From NCBI RefSeq assembly GCF_000143415.4, contig NW_003314263.1:746165-810164 (forward strand): a stretch of DNA of 64,000 nucleotides. Direction: 5' to 3'. Position numbers and translations under genes: made by a program. Under the pieces are notes generated by a model, which searched no databases, had not been told where the DNA came from, and was given only the letters and a program-made list of their open reading frames with translations. Of this stretch, positions 10,392-22,100 are shown piece after piece (within the stretch, counting starts at the first letter, position 1; each line of letters begins with the position of its first letter). Origin of the DNA: Selaginella moellendorffii. Its lineage: Eukaryota > Plantae > Lycopodiophyta.

Positions 10392-12161
10392 GATGCTTTT
10401 TAGGGTTTTAGAATATTTTCTTGGCGCCAAGAAGCTATGGCGATGGCGATCAGAGGTAGCTCTCGACCTAATCGATCGATGCATCGATCCAGATGGGGCT
10501 CGAATCTTGCTCGTATTTCCTAGTCTCGAATCTTTCGATGCTATACGCGATTGCTTACGCTGAGAAATCTGGGATGACGCGAATGCTTCCAAATCATTCC
10601 TTCGTCAGCAGGGATCTGTGAATCTCTCTAACGCATTCCATCACTTTTCTTATAATATTTTCTATGCGTTGTATCAGAGAGGCCTGGCGATCGAGAGGAA
10701 TAGCTCCATCAAATTAGACAAAGCTGGGATTGCTTTCTACGACCTATGGCGATCATACAGGTTCTACTTTTCCCTCTCAGCTTTTTTTTTTGGTTCTTTC
10801 CTTCTTGCTTTTGTCCTCTCGTTTTACGTATCCTTTTCTTTTTTTCTCCTTGTGTTCCTTCTAGAGCTCTGATTCATGCTACATTGCAAGTTTTCTAGCT
10901 AGCCTTTAAGCTTTGTTTCTTTCTTTCGCAAACATACCACGGTCTTTGGATCCTTTCCTTTTGCCTGTGTTGTTTTGCTCTCTCTTTTTTTTTTTCTATA
11001 CTATCACATTGTCCTGCGTTTGTGTGCCAGGAACGATTTCGCTTTTCCACGTTCTATTTATTATTACTTTCACATCAGTTCACGTGTGGCGCTGCAGCAA
11101 CAGGCGTTCTCGTCCAGCCTTTGCAGTGGTCAAGTAGTATAATTCTTACCATCTCTTGTTTCTCTTTTAGTTGATCGCTAAAGTCGGTGCTTTGTCATAC
11201 AGCGGATCATTGTCAGGCTCGTCGCAACCGAGTCAAGAGGAATCCAGGCGATTTTCATCTGTCAGTGAGGACCAAGACCGCGGTAAGCTCCTCTGATTGA
11301 GTGAGAGTCCTGTAACTTCGCTTCTGTTACAGCGACAGAGAGTCCGACTCCAAGTTTCCAAGTTTCCAAGTTTTCTTTTCGCTCCACGCGGTGACAGGTT
11401 CTTTTTTCTATGCTGATGGTTTTTATAAGATTATGTAAAACTGGTCTTGCAGGGTGGCGAGAGATATTTCATTGAAAATGCGAGGCACATTGGACAGTCA
11501 GTGTCGCTTTGTCACAGGAATAGAGCAGAGGTGGCCTGGGGACGTGGGATTCTTGAGCCATGCAGAGGACGCAACTCCGGGCTGGCACTGAGGAGAAAGT
11601 CTGGACGATTCAATTTTCCAGGGAGGAGGAAGGAAAAGAAAAGAGGAGGAGACGCAAGGCATCGGGTCCACTCTTGGTCGTAAAAGGAAGGACGAGACAG
11701 CCCATATGAGCGCACCATTAATGCAGCTGCCACAGATTTCTCTGCGGCTTGCGGTACTCTTGTAGTTCCAACTGCAAGCACTGGATGGGAAAACAAAAAA
11801 AAACAGAGGAGAAAAGCAGGAGGACGACGAGACGAGCTTCACCGTCGTCTTTGATTTCGGTGAACAACGCAATGGAACAGGAGGAACAACATGGTGGTGT
11901 AAGAGGCCAAGTGATAGACATTGAGGAGTTCCCTCCCGGGACGAGGTGAAAGTATTTTAGTATACATCACTGGGCCTTTATTCTATCTCTGAGGAAGCAG
12001 GAACTTCGGGTTGAATAGTAGCGGTAGTAGTCAGTCAACAGGGAATGCTCGAGATCAATTGAGTCGACGACGGCAGTATAAAAGAGAAATCTCTGAAACA
12101 GCAAACGAGGACGCTCTCCGCCATCTTCCTCCGAGCTCCTCCAGCTGAAACCTCTCCTGCG

Positions 12162-12873
12162 ATGGCGAAATTCGCATCGCTTCTACAGGTCATTGCTCTT
12201 CTTCTTCAGCTGGCCGACTGTAGGAAGCTCAAACAGCAGCAGCAGCACGGTAAGTTTTTTTCAAGCAAGAACTTCCTCCAAAGTCTCACAAACAGCGGTT
12301 TTTTCTTCTTGCAGGAGACTCTTCGACAGCTTCACTCCCGACGGTAAGCCACGGCTGGTTTCGTTTTTCTAGCCCTCATTTCGGATAGTCTTTGCTGCAG
12401 ACTAGTAGCAACTGTCTTAAATTCGATTCCACCGGTCTCAAATGCGACCAGACTTTTCCAGGTTCGTAAATACATGCTGTGAAGAGCACGGCGTTTTTAA
12501 TCCCAGCTTTGTCAATTCAACAGAGTCAATCGAGAAATCCCGGCTGCTGCTCGCGACTAAACCAGTTAAGCCCCCCACAAAGTTCTCTTTTTCCAAGTCT
12601 CTCACACCGCTTTCGCCTTTCCAGGAAGAGCTAGTGACCGATCGAGCGTATGAATCCAGTCCCCCAAAGCGAACAAATCTCAGTGACGCTTCTTCCGCCA
12701 CCGCTGCGACTTTGGACGACGAATTCACCGCTCCATCGACGAGAAAGGAGCTGAGCGAGGACGATTTCGAGGAGACAATGAGGACAGACTACGCTCCAGT
12801 TCGTCGCAAGCCTCCCATAAACAACGAAGTTCCATTCTTCGCCAGTGACGCGACGCGAAGAACTTCTCCTTGA
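12162..12873 (+). CDS. RGF/GOLVEN/CLEL sulfated-peptide precursor
   Basis: Signal peptide MAKFASLLQVIALLLQLADC. Four exons splice in frame. Near the C-terminus is DYAPVRRKPPINN (12787-12825), matching the DY-x6-PP-x-(H/N)N family motif. TATAAAA at about 12077. Confidence 0.85.
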
Positions 12874-13340
12874 TCAATGCTTTTTACCCCTGTACATAAT
12901 CTATCATCGGTGACTCTTGGGATTCGAACCTGACACCTAATTAGATTCTTTTTTGTACCTTTCTATTTGTCACGTGGCCACATCCTGGCCGTCGTAGAGT
13001 AGCGAAAATCGACGGCCAGGGATGGATCCCAAGAATATCCGGGCTTTTGAAGCCAAAGGAAGCTAGGCTAGGCTAGACGTCTTCTATGATTGATAATCAG
13101 GGTTTGGAGGAGGGGAGCGCATGATCGTGTTCGCTGCCGCTGCCCTCGCGCTAGGTAGGATTCTGGCCTCTCTCGATCTTTCCAGGCTTCTGGTGCTAGA
13201 AATTTGTCCATCGCGGAGTGTGTGAGGATCACGGAATGCGCGTGATTGCGCCGCATTGTGGCCCCGGCGACGCTGTTGGTGTGGAGATTTATAGCGGAGG
13301 GGAGCTCGCGGCGGTGGATTTCTAGCGGATAAGCGGCGCC

Positions 13341-15007
13341 ATGAAGGGTTTCTTCAAGCACAAATCCAAGTCGCCGGCGGATCTAGTGCGGTCGGCGAGG
13401 GAGCTGCTCCAGGCGCTCGATCATGTCAACTCCCTCAAGGATTCCAAGAGAGAGGAAAAGGTATTTTATTTTTTCAAAGTTCTTGCTATACACATGTGAA
13501 TGGTTGTGTGCTTGTGTAGATCGCGGAGCTGTGCAAAAACATTCGAGACATCAAAATCTCGCTATATGGGAACAATGAATTTGATCCTGCGCCGGACTCG
13601 TGCGCGCAAATCACACAGGAGATTTTCCAGCACGACACGTTTCGATTGATGATAGTTTGTCTACCGAAGCTGGAGCTCGAGGTAAATCTTTAGACTGTAT
13701 GGAGGCTTTCTTCTTGACTTAAGGGAGTGTAACAGGCTCGAAAGGATGTGACCCAGATTGTTGCGAACTTACAGAGGCAGCAAGTCCAGTCGAAAGTCTT
13801 GGCTTGCGAATACCTGGAAAGGAACAAGGATTTGCTGGACATGCTCATCCTTGGGTATGTTAATTTCTAAAATTCCTTTGTGTTTATTGTCTGCTCTTTC
13901 ATACTGCAGATATGAGAATGCGGATCTTGCATTGCACTACGGGACGATGTTTCGGGAATGCATCCGGCATCAAAGCATGGCGCGGTAAGTCTTAGTTTTT
14001 AGTTTTCCTTTTTCTATCTCGTAACTGTTGGCTTCACAGGTACGTCCTGGAATCCACTCACTTCAAGAAGTTTTTCGAGTACATCGAGCTGGCAAACTTT
14101 GCTGTCGCTTCGGATGCCGCTGCGAGTTTCAAGGTCTTGTTAGACTGATCCTGCTGCATGGATGATTCCAAATGTTGCTTGCTGCCCTCCAGTATGTGTT
14201 TACATGATTGACTTGCAGGCTCTTTTGCACTGGTTTCTGACGATGAGCTATCCTTGATCCTTAGGAGCTTCTTACGAGACATAAATCTACTGTGGCTGAG
14301 TACCTGGCAAGAAACTACGACTGGGTATCTTTCTTCTCCAATATTTTTTTTTTCCGAAGTCTTCCTGACGTGTTTCTTTCTTTTTCTAGTTTTTTCAAGA
14401 GTACAACACGAGGCTTTTAGAATCTCCAAACTACATCACAAGGAGACAAGCTGTCAAGGTATCAATCACTTTGAGACGCTTCTTTTTGTTCACTCCACCA
14501 AAATCTTTGTTTGCTAGCTTCTCGGGGATATGCTCCTGGATAAATCAAACACTGCAGTGATGATGCGCTATGTCGTGTCAAAAGAGAACCTTCGAATCAT
14601 GATGAATCTTCTCCGGGTAAGATTTCATGGCAACATTCTTCACGTTTTTTTTATTGTTCTGGCCTTCACAGGAACCGAGCAAAAACATCCAGATCGAAGC
14701 CTTCCACGTTTTCAAAGTGAGCAAAAATGGCGCTGCTATGATCGATTAAATCACTCGCTGCGATTGTCTCAGGTGTTCGTAGCCAATACCAACAAGCCAC
14801 CGGAGATCGTGAGCATCCTGGTAGCAAATCGGAGCAAACTACTTCGATTCTTCAGCGATTTCAAGACAGAGCAAGGTATGTTTTCTATGATTCTTGGGTG
14901 TGATCAAACAATGATGATTTGGCTCTGTAGAAGACAAGCATTTCGACCAGGACAAAGCGCAAGTCGTCAAGGAGATTGTAAATTTGGAGCCGAGAGATAT
15001 GATATAA
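13341..15007 (+). CDS. MO25: MO25/CAB39 family scaffold protein
   Basis: Multi-exon. Motifs [75 protein letters not shown]. Confidence 0.93.
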
Positions 15008-15058
15008 GAAGTCGTGGAGAGAGAATAAAAGGAAAAAATCTCGTATTTGCCATTTGTC

Positions 15059-15154
15059 GGCGCCGCTAGGTTTGGGAAACCATTTGCTTGTATTTGGAGG
15101 CGCCGCTAGGTTTGGGAAACCATTTGCTTGTATTTGGCGGCGCCGCTAGGTTTG
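15059..15154. repeat. 40-bp tandem repeat (~2.4 copies) between MO25 and ATG13
   Basis: cgccgctaggtttg recurs at 15061, 15101 and 15141. Confidence 0.9.
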
Positions 15155-15398
15155 CCGCCATATCTAGCGCCTCTCTTCTTTCTCTTTGTTAACACAAAGA
15201 AAAGCTCTCGTGAGGGTTTTTCAATTTTTCCCCATCTATGACAAGGTCCCGCTGCGAGCCCTGCGGATTGGAGGCGACAATTTTGCTCCCCCGGCCGCGA
15301 TTCTCCATCCAGAGGTGAGATTCTTGCGAGAAATGCCCGGCGCTGCAAGGCAGGAGCGGTATTTCGATCCCAGGGCTTAGAACAGAAAGAAGAGGGCA

Positions 15399-17093
15399 AT
15401 GGAAGGGAAAGTATCGCAGGATGAGAGCCGGCGAATGGTATCCGAATTCTTCGTCAAGAGCTTGAATGTGATCCTCGGCGCGAGGATCCCATCCAAGTAT
15501 TTGCAGCCAGCGACGAGCTCTTCCTCCGCTAGCGCTAGCACCAACAAGAGCTTCAATCTCGTGCTGGTGAATTCTCCCATGAGGAACAAATGCCACTTGA
15601 GCGTGGTGGAGCCGATCGTGGTGGACGTGCTGCTGCTCCATCACGGCTCCAGTGCTTGCGCTGCGATCGAGGACCATGTTTTCCGGTGGAGTCCAAGCCA
15701 GCAGACCCAGCAAAGCCAGTCATTGCTCGAGCGCTGGGTGGTACACTGCGTTCCCTGGGCGTGTCTCAAGAGCAGCGAGAAGACCACCCAAAGCCCAGAT
15801 CATGTCACGAAGAACAAGACCGCCACCGCCAAGAAGCCGCCGCTCTCACGGCGATCGGTGGCGGCGCCGCCACCCTCGGCCGAGGAGAAGAAAAATCCGT
15901 GGAAGAAGGCGATGAAAATGCTCAGCATCATGCTGCGGTCGCTCTACAATCTCACGCGGCTCCTCCCGGCTTACAGGATCTTCCAGCAGCTCAACTCGTC
16001 CAGCTCGCGAGGATCTCCCGGCTGCTGCCACTTTGATCTCTCATACAAAGTGAGGAGCACTCTCAGCGTGACGGGGCATGGAAGCTCCGACAAGAGCCTT
16101 TGCAAGTTTAACCTCACGCCGGTGGAGACGGAGCTGGGACGGATGTGCATCTCGGTCAAGTACTCGGATGCTGCCAGCGTCGAGAGAGCCATTCAGCGAA
16201 CCAACTCCATCTTCTCGGAGATCATCCAGGACTACGTTGGTGGTGGTGGTGGCGATGGTGGCGGCGGTTCTAGTGGTTCTTCCCAGAATCCACACTTTGC
16301 TGTGAAGGATAGGAGGATCTGTGCTGCTACTCGGACGATGTCGAGCAACATACCAGCGGTAAGTCTTTCTGTTTTTCGGTTTTTCTCTGCTTTCGTTGGA
16401 TAGTTTGCTTGCTTTGCTCTCGAGTTTTTGGTTTCTTCGAGCGTTTGGTTTCTTTGTTTTCGTTGGATTGTTCTTTGCTATCGAGCTTCTGGTTTCTTCC
16501 AGCGTTTGGTTCTTTGTTTTCGCTGGCTACTTTGCTTGCTTTGCTCTCGAGTTTTTGGTTTCTTCCAGCGGTTTCTTTCCTTTCGTTGGATAGTTTTCTT
16601 GCTTTGCTCCAGCGTTTGGTTTCTCTCGTGTTCTTCCTGATTTCTTTGAAAGTGTATGATTGATTGCTTGCAGTATTTGTAAGAGTGAGTGTTAAGATCT
16701 TTTGCTTGTTTGTATCAAGAGCTGTTCATCGAGTTCCTACGTTTGAATTGCCTTCTTTTCTGCTGGATGTCTTAAGAAGTTTTCGATTTGGATGTCAAGC
16801 AGGCTGAAGTAGCAGCAGTAGCAGCTGTGAAGCGATCTTACAGCAGCCCTTTGAATCCAATCGAGCTCGATCAACAGCAGGAACTCGTCTGTCCATTTGC
16901 CTGCGACGACGAGCGAAAAGTCTCGAGAGACGCCGCCGCGGGTGCTCTCATCACAGCTCTCGTCTCCGCGGTTCCAATCGAGAAATCTCCTCCTCGTGAC
17001 AAATGCTCACGAGCCACAGGCACTCTTCGCGAAGCTCTTCGCGAGCTCAGGAGCTATACAGACATAGCTAGAAAGAAAGCTGTGAATATTTAA
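15399..17093 (+). CDS. ATG13: Autophagy-related protein 13 (HORMA domain)
   Basis: EFFVKSLNVILGARIP, LLERWVV, MLRSLYNLTRLLPAYRIF, LGRMCISVKY. Second exon (about 16803-17093) has the plant ATG13 C-terminal CPFACDD..DAAAGALI..ALRELRSY. Confidence 0.88.
16391..16626. repeat. Intronic minisatellite, ~60-67-bp unit x ~4
   Basis: tttcgttggat...tttgctctcgagtttttggtttcttc..agcgtttggtt at 16391, 16458, 16518 and 16581. Confidence 0.8.
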
Positions 17094-17275
17094 AATGTAC
17101 ATATCAACGGCCACGATTCAAGCTCTAAGGCAAGGGTTTGAATCGATGGCCAGGATTTCTAGTTCATATTACCGTTGAGGGGGATTTTGATCGCTCTAGG
17201 GCTTTTCAGTCGAAGCATCGGGCCGGGCGCGCGATCCGGAGGCTCCTCCCAGAGATTTCTACGCGATTTCTAGCG

Positions 17276-18991
17276 ATGGAGTGGGAGCTGAGCAAGGAGA
17301 ATGTGCAGCCGCTCCGCAAGGGCCGGAAAAATGTCGATCTGCTCAACCAGGGGCTCAAGGCGAAGCATAAATCTCCTGCACGCTCCGTGCTGATCGAACA
17401 GAGAAGGTGAGTTCTTTGCCGCCCGCGCGCTTCCTGGTTTTGATTTGCTTTCTCGGTCAGGATTTTGCTCGAGAAGATTGATGACTACGTCGGCGATGAT
17501 CCCTTGGAGCCCTGGATAAGGTAATGCGCTATAGATTCGTGCCCGTTACGAATCTATTTCTTTCCAGATGCATCGAGTGGACGAAGGAAGCTTTCCCTTC
17601 CGGCGGTAGTCAGTCTGGGATTCTTCCAATGCTGGAGCTTTGCCTGCGAACGTTCTGCGACGATTCAAAGTATAAGTCGGATTTGCGGTACCTCAAGCTA
17701 TGGCTGGACTATGTAAGCTCTTGTTTTTTTTTTCTTCCTTTCCTGTTTATCTAGCTCTAGCTTCTCGGCTCTTCTTTTTTATTTTCTTCCTTTTCCTGTT
17801 TATCTTGCTCTAGCTTCTAGAAAACTAACTTGCGATGTTCCAGGCGGACAGATGCACTCATCCGCGGGACATTTATGTCTTTCTGGAGGTGAACGACATT
17901 GGACAGACTTACGCACAGTTTTACGAAGCGTATGCATCGTACCTGGAAAGGTGCAAAAATCTATCCAAGGCTAACGAAGTTTTTCAGATCGGTATTGCCA
18001 GGTTCGTATGATTTCTCGACTTTGCAGGCTTTGGTTAATCCTGGACGACTTTCTGTGAGGCAGGGCAGCGGAGCCAGTTGAGGAGCTGAAAATCAAATAC
18101 AAGAGCTTTCTTGAGCGAACTCTTAGAAAACCAAAACCAGATGCTGTAAGTTTCAGAACGTTTATGCGGTGTATGCGGCTTATACTGTTGGTACTGTAGG
18201 AGGAAGACACTGTGGACGAAGGGCTTGCCAGATCATTTGGATCCCTCGTCCTTCCACAATCTGGACAAAGAACAGGTAGGCTGTTTTGTTTTGTGGCTTG
18301 AGTTTTCACTTAACATGTTCTACTGCTCAGGAAGCATGCCGAGCAGGCCTCCACAAAAGCCTTCGAAGGGCAATGCGCCACCGCTGTCTAAGCAGACGTA
18401 AAATGTGACTGTTCTATGTGTGCTGTTCTAAGGTTCGACCCATGCAGGTTCTCTGTGTTTGTCGATTCGGAGCTTAATCCAGCATCGAAAGTACCTGGAC
18501 TGCATGAGAACGGTGCTCAAGGCCACGCCTTACCTGTTTGGACCAATTTAGGATCTCAAGCCGAGAGGACGAAGGAGAACGTTCAACAGCCGACTAGATG
18601 GAATGAAGCAAAGGTTAGTGATGATGATCATGCACTTGCTCTGAGAACGTTTTGTTCAGATTCCTCAAAGGCCCTCCAGGCCCGTTTCTGTGTCGACTGA
18701 AGCACTGGATGTCTACGTTGACGAAGAATTCACCAGGTACAGTAATATTCAGAAATTTTCATCTCGCGCTGCTTCATGAAGTTACTGCAGTGTGGCATCT
18801 CGAAGCTGGAATCGCAGAATATCTACTGCAGCTCTGAAAGTTCGGCTCTCCCGCGGTCAAGACATCAAGATGTAAGCTTCAATTGAACTTCTGATTGATC
18901 TATAGATACTCAGCCGCTCTCTTTTCTTTCCAGTGACACTGAAATGCTGAAGCAAGCTCCGCTCCGAAACTTCTCAAGGGAGCTCAGATAG
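17276..18991 (+). CDS. BUBR1: Spindle checkpoint protein BUBR1/MAD3-like (no kinase domain)
   Basis: MEWELSKENVQPLRKGR (KEN box), GDDPLEPWI, YKSDLRYLKLWLDYAD TPR region, FSVFVD and a second KEN (TKENVQ). Confidence 0.88.
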
Positions 18992-19245
18992 CCACTAGTA
19001 CACTTTGCCATGAACTCTATGGCTGCAATTTTAACAATGTCTTTGGGAATTTTTGTTGAACAACCGCTTTTCGTAATGGAAAGACTACAGAACTTTTGAC
19101 ATCTCGCTCTTCCTCGTGAAACAACAAAAGACTGGTAACTATTGTTGATCATATTTCATTTGCATGGGCATTGGACCAAACAGTGACTGAAGGAAGTAGT
19201 TCAAATAGACATACGAAAGTTCTGACGACTACTTTTCCTGTTCTT

Positions 19246-20604
19246 TCAGAACTTGCGAGGGAAGAAAACATAGTTGTTGATTCCACAACGGCCTCCATAG
19301 AGTCCAGTTCCACGCTGAATCTTCATGTATCCTTGCTCACCCCATTTGGTTCCTCTCGAGTTCTTTAAGATCCAGTAATCGTCCCCGTTGTCGCTTCCAT
19401 AGCCAACGATCAACACTGCGGTGAGTCCAGTGTCTCCAGTGCTGTGGCAAGGCCCTTTGAAGATTCCCTGCCAAACAAACACCCAAGTAAGTAACTCTTT
19501 TCAGTAAATAACGTCTACTTCGGAAGTACTTACTCCAGTGTATTTTACAAAATCTTTAGAGGAACCATCAATGAGAGCCGTGACTGGCTGCTGTGCGACC
19601 CTCATCTTTAACTCTTCTTCAATATCGGAAGCTGAAACTCCGGGAGCACACAGAGAGCCCCGCAGTGTGTCGAAACCATCGATGAACACCTTGTATGGAT
19701 TCTGAAAGGCAAATGTGTAAGTCATCTTTGTTGCCACTTTTTCTTATAACTCACCCCGATGTGGCAGGTGCTGTTTTTCCCGATGTAAGGATACGAGGCG
19801 CTTGCTTCCAGCCCCGTTTTCTGAATGTAGACGAAAGAGTCCTGCGGGAAGCCGTAGTCGCATCCGCCATTGTAGACATCGCAGTCGATGAGTTCTTGGG
19901 CCGAGAGCTCCACCAAGTTCCCGGTGACGATCTTGTTCAGGCCCTCCACCGCTCCAGCAGTTGCAAAGGCCCAGCCTCCACCTAGAAAGAACGAGAAATA
20001 CTTTAAGACCAACATCTCGACAAAGCAGGAAAAGAAAGAACTCCAGGGAAGTAACTCGAGAACTGGCAACAGGGAAGGGCGAAGCTACATTCTTACCAGT
20101 GCAGTTACCAACATCTTTCACGGACGTCACAGCCCCCTCCTTCCTCCAGTCGACAGCTTCTGGAACGTGAGGAAACGGAGGCCTCCTCGGCTCAGGAGGC
20201 TCATCAGAATGATCGACTTTGGTCCGCAGGACAGGCGAAGCAACCCGAGATGGCAGACGAGGCTTGAACTCCTCGTGATCCAGGTCCGGAAGATGGTCCA
20301 GGCCCAGCCAGTAGAGCCGGAGGTTCCTATAGTAGTCGTGGAGCATCCTCACATTACGCTTGAAGAGCTCAAACTTACGCTCCTCCTCGGCTCTCTCGGC
20401 ATACACTCTCGAGTGCTCGGCTCTCCAACGATCAAACATGAACTTAAAGCCAGCATCCGGGTCGAGCTCCTCGGGAGCGTACCAGAAGTTGGGACCCTCG
20501 CGATCCTCATCACGACCATGGTGAGGGAATGCAGCAGCCACTACTACTAGTGTGAAGCAACAGGCGAGAAGAGCTAAGAGGACGTGACGACGAGACAACG
20601 CCAT
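19246..20604 (-). CDS. Papain-like (C1A) cysteine protease homolog, predicted catalytically inactive
   Basis: Signal peptide, I29 prodomain, [39 protein letters not shown]. Four exons in frame. Catalytic Cys, His and the oxyanion Gln are replaced. Confidence 0.88.
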
Positions 20605-20841
20605 GGCTACTAGACTTTTAAGGTTTGAGAACGTTTGCTCGGTTATATAGTGAGATATTTACGACAGGTTGCGCGGGCATGGATAACGTGGGAGCGAGAA
20701 AATCGAATCGCTTGAAGGTACCGCCAGGGTAAACTTTTCTTTTCGGCTAGGTGTCCGTCTTAGAAGAGTGACAAGTCACAGAAGCGAGACGTCTTTGCAA
20801 GCTTTTCTTTTACAAGTTATATCTTAAGCAGGCGAATACAT

Positions 20842-21507
20842 TTAGTAGCAATGGGGGCCATATCCACAAACGGTTGTGATCGGGCAGCATTTGAACAAAA
20901 ACAAGCAGGATGGAAACATACAGCAGCATTTCTGACCATACCCACATGGTGGGCAAAGTGGCGATGGTGGTGGAGGTGGTGGGGGTGGGGGTGAGGGTGA
21001 GGGTGGTGGTGGCGGTGGTGGTGGGGGTGAGGGTGGTGGAGGTGATGCTGTTGGTGGTGATGGTGGTGGGGGTGAGGGTGGCGATGATGGATGTGGCGGG
21101 GAGGGTGATGGTGATGGTGGTGGGGCTGAGGGTGAAGGTGAAGGTACTGGTGCTCGTGATGGTGATTGGGTAGAACCTTGACCAAAGCTTATGCTTGACT
21201 GATATTCATTGGGTACTTTCATCTCTATGATACTACTCAACGATTCCAGCATTTTACCTCCCAGACTATTGGAGCTAACCATGGATTTACCAAGAATCAT
21301 CAGCCTACACACATTATTCTTGAATAACTCATGCCTGTTTGCTCCCTTGTTTACGGTGGTGCCATCATCCTTCCCACACCATTCCCTGAGTAAACCTTCC
21401 GTGGAACAAGCATTTTGATTCTTGAGAGTTGAACCAGCAGTGGATTGAGTGAGGATCACAGTGAAGAGCAGGAGACAGCACCAATGGGAAGAACTGGAAG
21501 AAGCCAT
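20842..21507 (-). CDS. Secreted protein: I29-prodomain remnant + SP/PPP-rich linker + truncated granulin-like domain
   Basis: Intronless 221 aa. Signal peptide, LLREWCGK..NRHELFKNNV, (SPPPP)n tract, then C-x2-C-x5-CCC-x4-C-x5-CC-x5-C-x5-C. Confidence 0.7.
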   Translation of the reverse strand: MASSSSSHWCCLLLFTVILTQSTAGSTLKNQNACSTEGLLREWCGKDDGTTVNKGANRHELFKNNVCRLMILGKSMVSSNSLGGKMLESLSSIIEMKVPNEYQSSISFGQGSTQSPSRAPVPSPSPSAPPPSPSPSPPHPSSPPSPPPPSPPTASPPPPSPPPPPPPPPSPSPPPPPPPPPSPLCPPCGYGQKCCCMFPSCLFLFKCCPITTVCGYGPHCY

Positions 21508-22100
21508 TACTCAAAAAGTCTCAGATTCTCTGCCGTATATAAACTCAAATTGCAACCACTAGAAAAAATTATCAGTAGCAAACAAATTGCGTGGCATTCC
21601 ACCTCAACCATTTCTGTAGCTTGCATCTTATCAAACAAGACACTTGTCTAGAAGAGCAGCCCACACATCACGCACAACGCCAAAACATATTTTAAAGCAA
21701 AGGAATTTCAGACCACCTCAGAATTAGCCATAACAACCAGCCTGGGACAAAAGAATTATCTGCGTAGTATTTTCTTGACTGGTGGTATACCAACAAGTTT
21801 GGGTGTATTGCTTCCAGATTCAAATACACCGTTTGACATTTGCAGGTTGTGTGCCAAGAAGCTTGAGATACTAGAAGGGCACATTTATGCTCACCGGAAA
21901 GACGTAAAGATGACAATCTTATGGGATTTCTCATGGTGAAAAGATTTCAAAGTTTGGTCTCTCATCAAGCCTTAACTGAATTCAAGAAAATCAAAACAAA
22001 TCTAAGCTCTAGAAATTCATTGAATTTACATTACAGTCAAGTTATGAGAAAACAAAAAGAATGAATGTACAAATTTCCAGCTTCGTCGTCAGGTTTCCAG

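Noticed and set aside
10900-11950. Exon/intron-like segments on both strands between the PPR pseudogene and the RGF gene
   Set aside because: Splice-like signals exist, but no coherent or recognisable protein could be assembled.
12909-12938. B-box-like GGTTCGAATCCC on the minus strand
   Set aside because: No A box or cloverleaf. At most a tRNA or SINE remnant.
15059-15154. Short repeats superficially CRISPR-like
   Set aside because: Head-to-tail units without unique spacers, in a eukaryotic context.
20817-21185. His-rich 122-aa ORF
   Set aside because: Alternative frame of the CCA/CCC proline tract.
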